Source: Vulcanimicrobiota bacterium
GTDB taxonomy: Bacteria > Vulcanimicrobiota > Vulcanimicrobiia > Vulcanimicrobiales > Vulcanimicrobiaceae
DNA: 64,000 bases
Direction of reading: 5' to 3'
Assembly (NCBI GenBank): GCA_963833095.1
Contig: CAWHWQ010000001.1
Span: 128,001 to 192,000, forward strand
Shown here: positions 33,079 through 44,416 of the stretch, piece after piece
Numbering within the stretch: position 1 is the first letter of the stretch
Layout of the letters: every line of letters starts with the position of its first letter
Position numbers and translations under genes: made by a program
Notes under the pieces: model-generated
The model's database searches: none
Seen by the model: the letters and a program-made list of their open reading frames with translations, nothing else
What the model was told of the DNA's origin: nothing

Positions 33079-33183
33079 GAGGCTCCCTTAGTCGCGCAGA
33101 ATGCGGCGGCGGACCCTCCCGCCGCCCGCGAGATCTGAAAACGGCAGCAGCTTTCGCTGCTGCCCGTGCGCGTGGTGCCTGAA

Positions 33184-35051
33184 CTAGTTTTCGCTTGCCT
33201 CGGAGGTGCGTGATGGTGATCGAGGTTCTGGTCGGCGGTCTGGATGCCGCGCGTGTTCGCTTCGAACGCGCGCTGGGCGACGATGAGGTTGGTGAACTCG
33301 GTCGCGAGGTTGACGTTCGATTGCTCGAGCGATCCGGCCACAATCGAACCGAGATCGCCGCTGTTTGCCGTTCCGACTTGCGCCAAGCCCGAGTCGGCGG
33401 TCTGCGGCGAACTGGTTGCCGCCGATGCGCTCAAGCCCGTCTTCGTTTTGGAAGCGTCGCCAACGCGAGCTTGAGCGAGCGTCTTGTGCTGACCGTTCGT
33501 GAACGATCCGGTGACCGTACCGTCTTCGCCGACCGTGATGTTCGAGAGCGTGCCGGCCGAATAGCCGTTCTGCGTGATGACGTTGGCCTGTACGAACGCC
33601 GTTCAAGCTGGTGTTGTCCAAGAAGCCGAGCGCGATGGCGCCGGGACTGCGGTATTGGTGGGTGCTTGTGCGGCGTTGCCCGCGCCCGGGCCCCACTGGG
33701 TGACGTTCAACAGGTTGCCGTCGAGCGTGGGACTGCGGTGGCCCGGCGGTCGTGGAAGTAGCCGGCAGCGTTCGCGCCGATGACTGCCCCGCGGCCGCCG
33801 ATCCCTATCGACGACGAGTTGATGAACTGGCCGTTCTGATCGAAGTAGACGTAGCCCATGTTACCCGTGTTGCTGTTGCCCGTCGTGCCTGCGGTGACCG
33901 CGCCGCCGGCATTGACCGTGCCTGGCGTGTTGAGGGTTTGAAACGTCGTGCCGTCCGCGAAGCTGACGCTGACTGGCCATGCGCGTCGACGGGTTTACCG
34001 TAACACCGGCTGAGTTGGAAACACCGGCTGGGAGTCCGCTCGAGGCCGCCGTCGCGGTGATGGTCCCGGCAGCGCCGGCATCACCGACCGTGAAGGCGCC
34101 CACGGTGAAGCTCACGCCGTCCATCGGTAATCGCGTCGCCGGCAGTGGCGTTCTGCGTGTTGCCTTGACCGTCGGTCACCGTCGCTGCGGTGCCCGTTCC
34201 GTTCACGGTGACGTCAATCGTTCCGTTGAAATTATCAGCCTGATTGACCGTTTGTCCGTTGATCAGATTGCCCGTGATCAGCGCTGCGTTTGCCGTAGCG
34301 ATGGTAGCGGCGACCGCGTTCGGCGCAACCGGTGTGTAGGTGAGCGTCGCTTCGTGCGCGCTGCCGAGCGAATCGTAGAACGTCGTCGAGACGGTCACAG
34401 CCGCGCCCGGATTGGCTGACGCGCCGACGGAATTCTGGAAGGCTTGCGGCCAGTTGGTCTGATCGAGATTGCCGCCCAGCGCGACGTCGAAGTTTTGGTC
34501 GTTGATCGAGGGGCCGGTCTTGACGCCCGAGCCCGTCGCCGTGGCTTGCTCTTGCAGACCGACCGGAATCGTGATCGCGCCCGGCGTGCCGCGTGGCGTT
34601 GACGACGCCGGCGTTATTGGCCATGTAGCCCATGCACCGCATTTCCCGACGCGGGATCGTAGAGGAGCCCGTTTGAGTTGAGCGAGAATGCGCCGTCGCG
34701 TGTATAGGTCGGCGATCCCGTTCCGTTGGCGTTGTTCATGATGAAGAATCCGTCGCCATTGAGCGCGAGATCGGTGTTGATGCCGGTCGTTTCCAGGCCG
34801 CCTTGGCCGAACTCGGTGTCGACGGTATTGACCTTAACGCCGAGTCCCTGATCGACCGGATTGACGCCACCGCTGGTTTGGGTCGGGCCCGACGGTGAGC
34901 CGATCTGCTGATAGAACTGATCGGCGAAGGTCATACGCTGGGCTTTGAAGCCCGTGGTCGCGGTATTCGCGATGTTATTGGAGATCATGTCGATCCAGCT
35001 CTGGTATGCATCCAGGCCGGAGATCCCCGTATAGAGTGAATCGAAAGCCAT
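33184..35051 (-). CDS. flgE: Flagellar hook protein FlgE (frameshifted)
   Basis: SLYTGISGL, SNNIANTATTGFK, YTRDGAF, LEQSNVNLATEFTNLIVAQRAFEAN. Confidence 0.94.
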
Positions 35052-35071
35052 TCTTGACCTCTATTACGGAT

Positions 35072-35129
35072 CCGCGATGTTTCAGTTGATCCACATCACG
35101 GCCGGAGCTCCGCAAGCGGTCCGCCCCGG
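35072..35129 (-). promoter_or_regulatory. Two-hairpin candidate cis-regulatory RNA in the flgE leader
   Basis: CCGGGGC/GCUCCGG and CCGUGAUGU/ACAUCGCGG stems, G-U pairs only on the minus strand. Confidence 0.45.
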
Positions 35130-35137
35130 GAGTGTTG

Positions 35138-35566
35138 TTAGATGATTGCGGCCGAGTCGATGTTGGTGAAGACGTTTTCTTTCATCGAGTCGGAGTCGAC
35201 CGCAGTGATGACGGTACGGTTCTTGATGCTCACGACCATGGCAACGTCGCGGACGATGAAGAGCGAATTTTTCGCTCCCTTCGCTGCGGCTTTGTCGGCC
35301 ATCGCGTTCATCTTGGTCACGTCGTCCGACGTGAGGCTGATGTTACGTGATTGCAGACGCGCCATCGCGTGAGCTGAGAACTTGAGTGGTTCGCTCGACG
35401 TATTCGCCGGCGTTTGCTGTTGTTGTTGGGTTGCAACGCCTTCGAACACCGAGCGGAAGCTCGGCGACGAGGTCGGCGGAATCTCGACAGGTTGACCGAC
35501 CGGACGCGCCGCCGGACCGGGAAGAATTCCCGGCTGTTGGACGCGGCTGATGTCGTTCGGATCCAT
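35138..35566 (-). CDS. Flagellar operon protein, TIGR02530-like
   Basis: LKFSAHAMARL, KAAAKGAKNSL, NRTVITA, NVFTNIDSA. Confidence 0.9.
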   Translation of the reverse strand: MDPNDISRVQQPGILPGPAARPVGQPVEIPPTSSPSFRSVFEGVATQQQQQTPANTSSEPLKFSAHAMARLQSRNISLTSDDVTKMNAMADKAAAKGAKNSLFIVRDVAMVVSIKNRTVITAVDSDSMKENVFTNIDSAAII

Positions 35567-35570
35567 GTCG

Positions 35571-36083
35571 TTATGTCCCCGGAGTACTCGAGCCGGTGCC
35601 GGTTATGGATGCCGCGCTCCCGATGCCAACGATTTGGCTGGTCGAGAACAGCAGCGGATTGCCGTTATTATCGGTCATCGTCTGACCGGACGAATTGGTC
35701 ATGGTGAAGTACGGCGTGCCGTTTTGCACGTCGATCGATTGAATGATGCCCGTGACGGTCGAGCTGTTACTCGAGCTTCCGCTCGTGCTCGTGTTGACCG
35801 TCGCGGCCTTGCCGATGAGCGACGCTGCCTGCGTTACACTGAAATTGCTCTGAAACGAGGCAAAGTCGTTGGTCAGCTGTTGCTGATACTGCAGTTCGGA
35901 CATCTGGGCAAGCTGAGTCACCGATTCATTTGCGTCCTGCGGCGACGTCGGATCTTGGTTTTGCAATTCCGTCGTCAGTAGTTGCAGAAACGCGTTCGGA
36001 CCCAGTTGATTGTCCGTCGTCGTCGCTGAGTTGTTGGCACCGGCGTTGACCGTAGTCGTTCCGACGCCTGTTGTGGGTTCCAT
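35571..36083 (-). CDS. flgD: Hook capping protein FlgD
   Basis: FLQLLTTELQNQDP, QLAQMS, AASLIGK. Confidence 0.93.
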   Translation of the reverse strand: MEPTTGVGTTTVNAGANNSATTTDNQLGPNAFLQLLTTELQNQDPTSPQDANESVTQLAQMSELQYQQQLTNDFASFQSNFSVTQAASLIGKAATVNTSTSGSSSNSSTVTGIIQSIDVQNGTPYFTMTNSSGQTMTDNNGNPLLFSTSQIVGIGSAASITGTGSSTPGT

Positions 36084-36091
36084 AGTTCCTC

Positions 36092-37753
36092 CTACGCGAG
36101 GGAGTTAAAGAGCTCGAGGTTCGAACCGCCTAACAGCGACGGTCCTAGATTCGAAGCTTCGGTGGTTTCGGTCTTGGGTTGACCGCCCAACTCGTGAACG
36201 GTATACCGCCGTCCAAAACCGGCGGTGCGATCCTTGCTTTGATCTTGACCCGCGTCACCTCCCGACACGTCGACCGAGAAACCCGAGAGGGTCAACCCGG
36301 CTTGTGAGAGAGAGCGCGCGAGGTCTTGTTGGTTGGCAACGAGCGCACTGCGCACGTCGGCGCTCTGCGCGACGACGGTGGCGCTGACTTGATTTCCGGT
36401 AACGGTGAGCCGCATCGTCAATTGACCCAGGTTCTCCGGATGCAACTGCAACCGAATTTCCGAGGTCCCTTGTGCGAGCGTACGCATCGACATCCCGTTG
36501 ATCATCTGCTCGAGGACCGCGTTCGCATCGACCGTGGTGCCGCCGCCCGTCGTCGACTGCAAGGCGTTCTGCACTTGCGAGCCCAGACTGGTGTTTGGCG
36601 CCGCGATCAGACTCGCCGCATTGGTGCCCGAAGGCGCCTGCTGCGCGAGATCTTGACCGAACGAGTGTCCCGAGTTGGTACTTGTCGAGGTATTCCCCGA
36701 GGACGAACCCGCCGTTACCGCTACGCCGTCTGCGTCCCCGAGGAGCGCTGCAAATCGCGCAGCGAGCATCGAGGGTGAGACCGACGTGCCTGCGGGTGCA
36801 GCCAGCGCCGATGCGCCGCTGCTTGCGTCACTTGCACCCGGCGTACCGCCTGCGTTGAGCTGCGCGTCGACGCCGGCTGCGCGCACGAGCATACGCGCGA
36901 GCAAGTCGGGTGCGTTCGACATCGAGATCGACGTCTGCGGTGACGGTGGTGCTGGTGAAGCAACCGCGTTTGCGGTGGATTGGGTCAGCAGTCCGGCGTT
37001 GAGCGTGGACGGGGCGCTTTGTTGCGCCGCGAGCGCGGACGTTGCCGGAGACTGCGCAGTTGCGAGTTGTACGGGGGAATTGGACGGCTTTGCGGGTGGA
37101 GCGGTTGCCGACGGCGCGTTGAGCGCCGCGATCACCGACGACAGAAGCGAACTCACCAGCGACGAGACGTCGAGCGTACTCGATGTGCCGTTGCTTTGTT
37201 GTTGTTGGGCCGGGAGTTCTTTCGCCGAGTTGGCGTCCAAGAGGTTCCCCGAGAGTTCATTCTGCTGCCCAGATCCGTTTTGCGCGTCCCTCGCGATCGA
37301 CTCGACTACACTTTGCAATCGGGCTGCGAGGGCTGCCGCTTGTTCGGCGGCGGTCCCAGGTGGTCCGTTACTGGGTGGAGAGAGTGCGTTTGCGAGCGTT
37401 TGCGTGATGGAGTTGCGAAGTCGATCGAGGTCACTCGAACTCATCTTTCCGGCGAGCAGCTGGGCTGCCGACGAACCGACGCTTTGAGCGAGTTGATCGA
37501 CGATCGTTGCCATCGGTGTTCCGTTTTGCAACAGCGACGTGAGTTGCGCGAGTAGATCTGCGTTGGTCGCCAACGGACTAACCGACGGCGATGAAGACGA
37601 AGATGCGCTACTCGCATTTGCAAGTGAGGCTCCGAACAGCGACGCCCAATGTGCGCCTTTGCCCTTAGCTCCCGCGTGCGCTGTGCCGGTGGCCGTAGTT
37701 GTTATAGTGGCCGGAAGCACCGATGCGATGGATATCATGCTTATTTCATTCAC
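36092..37753 (-). CDS. fliK: Hook-length control protein FliK
   Basis: Low-complexity body; IRLQLHPENLGQL; position before flgD. Confidence 0.88.
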   Translation of the reverse strand: MNEISMISIASVLPATITTTATGTAHAGAKGKGAHWASLFGASLANASSASSSSSPSVSPLATNADLLAQLTSLLQNGTPMATIVDQLAQSVGSSAAQLLAGKMSSSDLDRLRNSITQTLANALSPPSNGPPGTAAEQAAALAARLQSVVESIARDAQNGSGQQNELSGNLLDANSAKELPAQQQQSNGTSSTLDVSSLVSSLLSSVIAALNAPSATAPPAKPSNSPVQLATAQSPATSALAAQQSAPSTLNAGLLTQSTANAVASPAPPSPQTSISMSNAPDLLARMLVRAAGVDAQLNAGGTPGASDASSGASALAAPAGTSVSPSMLAARFAALLGDADGVAVTAGSSSGNTSTSTNSGHSFGQDLAQQAPSGTNAASLIAAPNTSLGSQVQNALQSTTGGGTTVDANAVLEQMINGMSMRTLAQGTSEIRLQLHPENLGQLTMRLTVTGNQVSATVVAQSADVRSALVANQQDLARSLSQAGLTLSGFSVDVSGGDAGQDQSKDRTAGFGRRYTVHELGGQPKTETTEASNLGPSLLGGSNLELFNSLA

Positions 37754-37819
37754 CTCCTTTCTTCGTATTAAGGCCGAAATACCAAAACGGAGAGCATGGC
37801 CTGGACGCCCTCAACTCTT

Positions 37820-37847
37820 TCATCGGCCCCCAGAGAGGCGGGGTTTA
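37820..37847 (-). promoter_or_regulatory. sigma28-type promoter of fliK, overlapping the trpG stop
   Basis: TAAA-16 nt-GCCGATGA. Confidence 0.75.
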
Positions 37848-38438
37848 GGCCGGCCCGAGACCGGCGGCCGCAAGTACGGAGCGGAGCATCTGGCCACCGC
37901 TCTCGCTCAGGACCGACTCGGGGTGGAACTGAACGGCCGCGACGGGGAGGCTCCGATGGGCGATCCCCTGGACGACGCCGTCGGCGCTGCGAGCGCTGAC
38001 GTGCAGTGAATCCGGAAGGGTCGCTGGGTCGAGGCACAGGGAGTGGTAGCGGGTCGCGGTCAAGGGCGAGGGGAGGCCGGCGAAGATCCCCGAGCCGTCG
38101 TGTTCGATGGCGCTGGTCTTCCCGTGCATCAGGGATGGAGCGTGGGTCACCGTACCGCCCAGCGCCTCACCGATCGCCTGGAGCCCAAGACAAACGCCGA
38201 AGACCGGCATCCCACGCTCGATGGCGCTTTTGAGCACTGCCATCATACGCGGTTGCTCCGACGGGTTGCCCGGGCCGGGTCCGATCACCAGCAACCGATA
38301 GCCATCGAGGAGCTCGGGCACCAAACGCTCGTCGTCGTTGAGGATCACGTCCGGCGGCGCGCCTTGCGCGGCAAGCAGATGCACCACGTTATACGTGAAG
38401 CTGTCGTAGTTATCAATGAAGAGGACGTCAGCGCTCAT
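37845..38438 (-). CDS. trpG: Anthranilate/ADC synthase component II
   Basis: IDNYDSFTYN, GPGPG, GVCLGLQ, HGKTS, RYHSL, QFHPES. Confidence 0.93.
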   Translation of the reverse strand: MSADVLFIDNYDSFTYNVVHLLAAQGAPPDVILNDDERLVPELLDGYRLLVIGPGPGNPSEQPRMMAVLKSAIERGMPVFGVCLGLQAIGEALGGTVTHAPSLMHGKTSAIEHDGSGIFAGLPSPLTATRYHSLCLDPATLPDSLHVSARSADGVVQGIAHRSLPVAAVQFHPESVLSESGGQMLRSVLAAAGLGPA

Positions 38439-39760
38439 AAAACTCCCAACATCTCGCGAGCGATGCGAGTTTTATGGAGCACTTCTTCGTACTCGAACTG
38501 CGGATCGCTGTCGGCGACGATGCCGGCCGAGGCCTGCCAATAGACCTTGCCGTTTTGCACGTGTAGGCTGCGCAGCGTGATGCACGAGTCGAAGTCGCCG
38601 CCGTACGACCAACGCCCAACGCTGCCGGCATAAAAGCCGCGCGTGACCGGCTCGAGTTCGTCGATGAGCTGCATCGCTCGCACCTTCGGCGTCCCGGTCA
38701 CCGTCCCGGCGGGGAATCCCGCGCGAAAGAGATCGAGCCCGTCGCACTCAGGTCGCAGGTCTCCAACGAGATCGGAGACGATGTGCATCACGTGACTGTA
38801 GCGCTCGATCTGCAACAATTCGTCGACCGCAACCGATCCGTACTCGCAGACCATGCCGAGGTCGTTGCGCCCAAGATCGACCAGCATCACGTGCTCGGCG
38901 CGCTCCTTTTCGTTTTCGAGCAGCTCGCGCGCAATGCGCGCATCGTCTTCGTCGGTGTCGCCGCGCGAGCGCGTGCCGGCGAGCGGCCGGATGCGCGCGC
39001 GCCGTCCTTCCAATCGCACGAGAAATTCCGGCGATGCGCCGAGGACCTTTCCAAACGGCCCGTCGACGTAAAACATGTACGGCGACGGATTGCGCCTGCG
39101 CAGTGCTCGATACAGGTCGAACGGATCGCCGTGCAGATCGGCGCTGAAGCGAATACCGAGCTGCAATTGATAAACGTCACCGTCGTAGATATGGTGCTTC
39201 ACCCGGGCTGCACGCTCGAGATACCCATGCCGGTCCATCGATGCGTGCACGGTGCCCACCGCATGCACCGGCAGTGCAAGTTGCGGTGCTTGCGCAAGCA
39301 AACGCGACACATAGCCGTCGAGCCGCTGTTCGACGCTGCTCGCGCTTTCGCCGCAGCCCCACAACACGAGCGAATGAGTCAAATGGTCGAAGACCAGCCA
39401 ACTTGCCGGCACCGCGACGTAGGCAGCGGGCATCGCCGGCGTATCTTGTTTTCGCTGCGGGAGGTGCGCGAACGGACGTGCTGCATCGTAGGCGAAGGCG
39501 ACCAGTGCGCCGCCCCAGCCGCCTGGGTCATCGCTTGGACGAAAGCGCTCGACAAACGCGCGGATGCGATCCAGCATATCGGCCGTTGCAGGGAACGATT
39601 CGGCCGCCAGATAGTCCAAGCCAATGAACGAATAGCGTGAGATTTTCCCGCCGTGCTCAACGCTCTCGAGCAAGCACGAGGCACCCGGCGACGCGAGCGC
39701 GAGATACGCACCGATCGGTGAGAGGACGTCGGCGGGAAGCGTTCGCGTGCGGACGATCAA
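38435..39760 (-). CDS. trpE: Anthranilate synthase component I
   Basis: LLESVE, NPSPYM, ASPEFLV, EKERAEHVMLVDLGRND, GTPKVRAMQLI, SAGIVADS. Confidence 0.92.
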   Translation of the reverse strand: MIVRTRTLPADVLSPIGAYLALASPGASCLLESVEHGGKISRYSFIGLDYLAAESFPATADMLDRIRAFVERFRPSDDPGGWGGALVAFAYDAARPFAHLPQRKQDTPAMPAAYVAVPASWLVFDHLTHSLVLWGCGESASSVEQRLDGYVSRLLAQAPQLALPVHAVGTVHASMDRHGYLERAARVKHHIYDGDVYQLQLGIRFSADLHGDPFDLYRALRRRNPSPYMFYVDGPFGKVLGASPEFLVRLEGRRARIRPLAGTRSRGDTDEDDARIARELLENEKERAEHVMLVDLGRNDLGMVCEYGSVAVDELLQIERYSHVMHIVSDLVGDLRPECDGLDLFRAGFPAGTVTGTPKVRAMQLIDELEPVTRGFYAGSVGRWSYGGDFDSCITLRSLHVQNGKVYWQASAGIVADSDPQFEYEEVLHKTRIAREMLGVL

Positions 39761-39770
39761 GACGCCGCGA

Positions 39771-40434
39771 TTACCTTTTTAGGCTAGGGTTCTCTTGCGT
39801 CAGTTGTGCCGCAAACGCGGGCGGAACTGCGTCGAGAATGGCCCCGACGTCATCGGGCGACATCAGCGCAAGACTTCGGCGACATACGGAACCGGCAATC
39901 GCTGCAGCGACCTTTGCGGCGTTTTCCGGCTGCATCGTTCGCCCACACCTGCGCGGTACGGCGCATCTCCGGTGTGGCGTTGGACGATCGTCGTCGGTGG
40001 CGCCGCCGGCAGTGGCCGTTGCGGGATTGCTTTGCGCAGCCCCTGCAGCCGGCGCTGCGCTTGGCGCGGTCGCGGAGCTGCGCGCACTTGCGGCCTGGCT
40101 CTGTAGTTGACCGATCTGCTGTTGAGCGATGAAATCTGCTTGTCTTTAGCGGCGCTTTGCGCTTGCAGGCCGGCGATCTGTGATTGGAGTTGCGCGATCT
40201 GCCGGTTGCGATCGGTGAAGACTTGATTTTGCGCGGCGAAATGAAACGGCTGCCGCAGTCGTATCGAAGCGCGACCCGACGATTTTGGAGCATCGGCGAA
40301 AGCGGGCCACCGTTGAGAATCACGTTGCGCGAGGGCGGCCAGACGAATGCGAAAACGACGAGACCAATGGCGACCACCGGCAAGATCAGGCGTCTCCACG
40401 GAAACGGCTTGCGCCGCTGGCGCGTGACAATCAC
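39771..40434 (-). CDS. MotE/YlxF-like flagellar protein (frameshifted)
   Basis: N-terminal TM, coiled coil, C-terminal MSPDDVGAILDAV; follows fliJ. Confidence 0.65.
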
Positions 40435-40892
40435 GGCGTACCTCCTACTTGCGCTCGCCCGTGCCGGCGGGCATTTGCGTCTTCGAGCTCGCTTTTGTTC
40501 CATGCGCATCTCCTCGGCGCGTATCGCTTCGCGGCGGCGCTCCTTGAGCTTCTCCACGATCTTCTTCTCTTTACTCGCTGCGAGGAGATCCGTTCGGGCT
40601 CGTTCCAGAGCGGCACGGCGCTCCGCCACGATGCGGATCTGCGCGACGATACGCGGTCGAGGAAATGCAAATGCGCGTAGATGCATTGCAGCTCGCGCGT
40701 CTCGAGCTTCTTATGGCCGTCGCGCAGCATCGCCGAATGCTTGCGAAACTCCTCGTTGAGACGCTCGAGTTCGCGCTCGGCCTCGTCGCAGCGAGCGGGC
40801 ACGCGCGGCAACGATCATTGCTTCTCGTCTTCGATGCGCTGGCGGTGATCGAGCACCGGCTGCAAAGGCGAAGCGTTCGACACGCGCTTCAC
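40431..40892 (-). CDS. fliJ: Flagellar export chaperone FliJ (frameshifted)
   Basis: LQPVLDHRQRIED, KEKKIVEKLKER; follows fliI. Confidence 0.85.
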
Positions 40893-42208
40893 GTGATGCT
40901 CAGCAATTTGGCGAGCGTCTGCTCGTACGAGCTGGCCTCGTAGATGCCCTGGCGCAAGAAGTGCCGGATCGCCTTCGATCTTCGAGAGCGCGAGATCGAC
41001 GCGTGGGTTGCTTCCCGGAACGTACGCGCCGATGTTGATCAGATCTTCGGCATCGCGATACGTGGCGAGCACGTCGCGCAGCTGCCGACGCGGCCGAGTA
41101 CTGATTGGCGTCGACGACGTCCGGCATGACGCGGCTGACGCTCTGCAAGACGTCGATTGCCGGATAGTGATTGGCCGAAGCGAGCGCGCGCGAGAGCACG
41201 ATGTGCCCGTCGAGAATCGAGCGCACGGCGTCCGCGATCGGTTCGTTCATATCGTCGCCGTCGACCAGCACGGAGAACAGTCCGGTGATCGTGCCCTTCT
41301 CGCGAGGTGCCGGCGCGCTCCAACAGTTTCGGCAAGCAGCGCGAAGACCGACGGCGTGTAGCCGCGCGTCGTCGTCGGCTCGCCGATCGCAAGACCGACT
41401 TCGCGCTGCGCCATCGCAAAACGCGTCACCGAGTCCATCATGAACATGACGTCGAGACCCTGATCGCGGAAATACTCGGCGATCGTCATCGCGACGAACG
41501 CGGCCTTGATGCGCACGAGCGCCGGCTGGTCGCTGGTCGAAACGATGACGACACTGCGGCGCAGACCTTCTTCGCCCAGATCGCGATCGATAAAGTCGCG
41601 AACTTCTTTGCCGCGCTCGCCTACCAGCGCGATGACGTTGACGTCGGCGGCGGTGTTGCGCGCGATCATGCCGAGGATCGTCGACTTTCCGACGCCCGAG
41701 CCCGCAAAGACGCCGACGCGCTGGCCCTTCCCGCAGGTCAGCATTCCATCGATCGCCCGAATGCCGAGCGGAAGCGGTTCGGTGACGCGACGGCGTGACA
41801 ACGGCGGCGGCGGCGCTGCGGTGACGACCGCGCGCTGTTCGGCGACGATCGGACCCTTGCCGTCGATCGGACGGCCGAGGCCGTCGAGCACGCGACCGAG
41901 CAAATGATCGGTCACGCCGATCTCGAGCGGCGCGCCGAGCGCGACGACGTCGCTTCCGGCGGCGATGCCGGCGAGCTCGCCGAGCGGCATGATGAGCACT
42001 TTGTTGTCGCGGAAGCCGACGACTTCGGCCAGCACCGGCTCGGCGTTGCGCTTATATGATATCGCACGTCTCGCCGACGGCCATGTTCGGCCCGAGGCTC
42101 TCGATCACGACGCCGATGACCTGTCGCACTTTACCGTATTGCCGCACCAAGTCGGCGCCACGGAACGCGTCGAGGTAGCGGCTCGGCGGAGAAGGCGGTC
42201 GTCTCCAC
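40889..42208 (-). CDS. fliI: Flagellar export ATPase FliI (frameshifted)
   Basis: [38 protein letters not shown]. Confidence 0.95.
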
Positions 42209-42218
42209 AGTGCGGCCG

Positions 42219-43088
42219 CTAGCTGGCTTGCGCGGGCGAGTGAATAGTCCGCCTCGCCGAGCGCGATCTCGTCGTCGCTCAGAAATGCGCGCCGCGCTTC
42301 GCGCAATTGGGTGGAATCTTGGCGTCGATCGTGCCGGCGTCGGTCTCGACGATGACGCCGCCGCGGTCGACGCGTTGATCTTCGACGACGCGCAGATGTT
42401 CGACGTCGTTCGCCGCGACGATCTCATCGCGATGCTCGCGGATCGTATCCAGATCGCCGGGATTGACCCGCAGCGTCACGACTTCGCGGCCGACTAGGCG
42501 GGTCAGCGCCTGGCGTACGTTTTCGACGACGACGTTCGGGTTCGAACGAGTTCGTTCGTGCACGATGCGCTCGGCGATCGCCATCGCAAGTCGCGTGAGT
42601 TCGGGTTCGGCTGACGGTCATAACCGCGCTGCGCTGCGCGCGAATGCTTTCGATGAGCTCTGCGAGGCGTCGAAATCACCGGCTGCCAGCTCCGCTTCGG
42701 CGGCGCTCTTTCCGGCGCTGGAGCCTTCCTCGTGTCCGCTCGCGCGAGCGTCTTCTTCCATTTGCGCGATGCGCATCGCAGCCGCAGCCATAAGGTCGAG
42801 TGCGTTGGCATCGCTTGGCAGGATCAGACTCTCGGCGTCGCTTGCCGCGTGATCGATGATCGCCGCGTGCGTCGGCGCGCAGCTTTTCCCAATCGACGCT
42901 GGGCTCGGCCTGCGGAAGCGTAATACGCTCCGTGTGTCCGTTGGAAGACGGCGTTACAAACGGCGCGGCGAACCGGTCGTCCGGCTCGCCAGGTGTTTGC
43001 GCTTGCGCTTCGGCGACAAAGTCAACGTGCGGAACTTCGACGACGTAAGCGGCGTCGGAGAAGCGCGCCGCTTTACTATTTTACCCAT
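42219..43088 (-). CDS. fliH: Flagellar assembly protein FliH (frameshifted)
   Basis: LRVNPGD, VDRGGVIVETDAGTIDA. Confidence 0.85.
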
Positions 43089-43118
43089 CCGTACTCCGCA
43101 CGGACGGGTCCCCAAGAG

Positions 43119-43179
43119 GTTTAACCGGCGCTCCGCTGCGCTGCGCGCCCCCCGACGGCAGAGCCGTCGGGGACCCCCC
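43119..43179 (-). repeat. Family B repeat between fliG and fliH
   Basis: GGGGGGTCCCCGACGGCTCTGCCGTCGGGGGGCGCGCAGCGCAGCGGAGCGCCGGTTAAAC. Confidence 0.8.
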
Positions 43180-43187
43180 GACCGTCA

Positions 43188-44271
43188 TCAGACAAGGCGC
43201 TCGTCCTTTGCTCCGCGAGCGATGACGATCTGGCCGTTCTCTTCGAGCGTGCGGATGACGTCGACGATCTGCTGCTGCGCCTTGCCGACTTCGCGCATGC
43301 GCGTCGGGCCGAGCAACTCGATTTCTTCTTTGAGCATCGGCGACGCGCGCGTCGACATGTTCTTGTAGACGCGCGCGAGCAGCTCTTCGTTGGCGACCTT
43401 GAGCGCGAGCGCAAGATCCTTGCCATCGACTTCCTTGAGGATGCGCTGGATCGAGCGGTCGTCGAGGTTGATGATGTCTTCGAAGACGAAGAGCAGGTTC
43501 TTGACTTCCTGCGCGAGCTCGGGATCGCGCTTGGCGAGACCGTCGAGAATGTTTTTCTCGGTTTCGCGGTCGACGAAGTTCATCACGTTGGCCAGCGACT
43601 GCACGCCGCCGGCCTTGGCGAAGTCGGCGCCGCTGACGAGCAGTCGGCGGCCGAGCAGCTCGTCGAGCTGCTCGAGCACTTCCGGCGCGGTCTTCTGCAA
43701 AATCGCGATGCGCATCGCGACTTCGGCTTGCAGATCCGGCGGGAGCGCCGAAAGCACGGCGCCCGCTTGTTCGGGCTGCATGTAGACGAGGATCAGCGCG
43801 ATCGTCTGCGGATGTTCGTCTTGAATGAACTGCAGTAGCTGCGCGGGTTCGGTCTTCTTGATGAGCTCGAGCGGATTGCCGTGCTTGAGCGCGGCAAACA
43901 GCCGCGATCGTCATGTCGTCGGCTTGGCCGGCGCCGAAGCTGCGCTCGAGAATCTCCTTGGCGTACTCGATGCCGCCTTCGTTGATGTACTTGAGCGCGA
44001 TCGCGCGCTGGTAGGCTTCTTGGATGACGGCGTCGCGCTTCTCGATCGGAACGGTCGTGATCTTGGCGATCTCGAGAACGATCCGCTCGACTTCGTCTTG
44101 CCGCAAGAACTTGAAGATCGTCGCCGAGAGCTCGAGCCCCAGCGTGATCAAAAGAATCGCGGCCTTTTCCGGCCCCGAAATCTCGATCTGCGGATTTTCG
44201 GGCAGACCGGTGAGCGGCGGCGGCTCCGGCAGCCCGCCCATGCCCGAGAGATTGACGATCGGTGATTCCAT
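43188..44271 (-). CDS. fliG: Motor switch protein FliG (frameshifted)
   Basis: KAAILLITLG, GGIEYAKEIL, LFVFEDI, LALALK. Confidence 0.95.
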
Positions 44272-44390
44272 TAGCAAGGTGCTCCGGCCGAGCCTACGCA
44301 CCCCCCGCTAAGCGGGGCCCCCGTACCAAGGCGCGCGACAGATCGCATGTATGCAACAGTCTCCCCCAGGGCGCGCCCAAACAACATTAC
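44271..44390 (-). repeat. Family B repeat (full-length) between fliF and fliG
   Basis: Aligns end to end with 4721-4840; GGTGC/GCACC covaries with GGCGC/GCGCC. Confidence 0.8.
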
Positions 44391-44416
44391 GTCGACAGCG
44401 TTCATTTCACGGGACC

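Noticed and set aside
26917..44300. Flagellar cluster decay
   Set aside because: Indels come in patches (~27-34.7 kb, ~39.8-44 kb) next to clean stretches, same pattern as in essential genes
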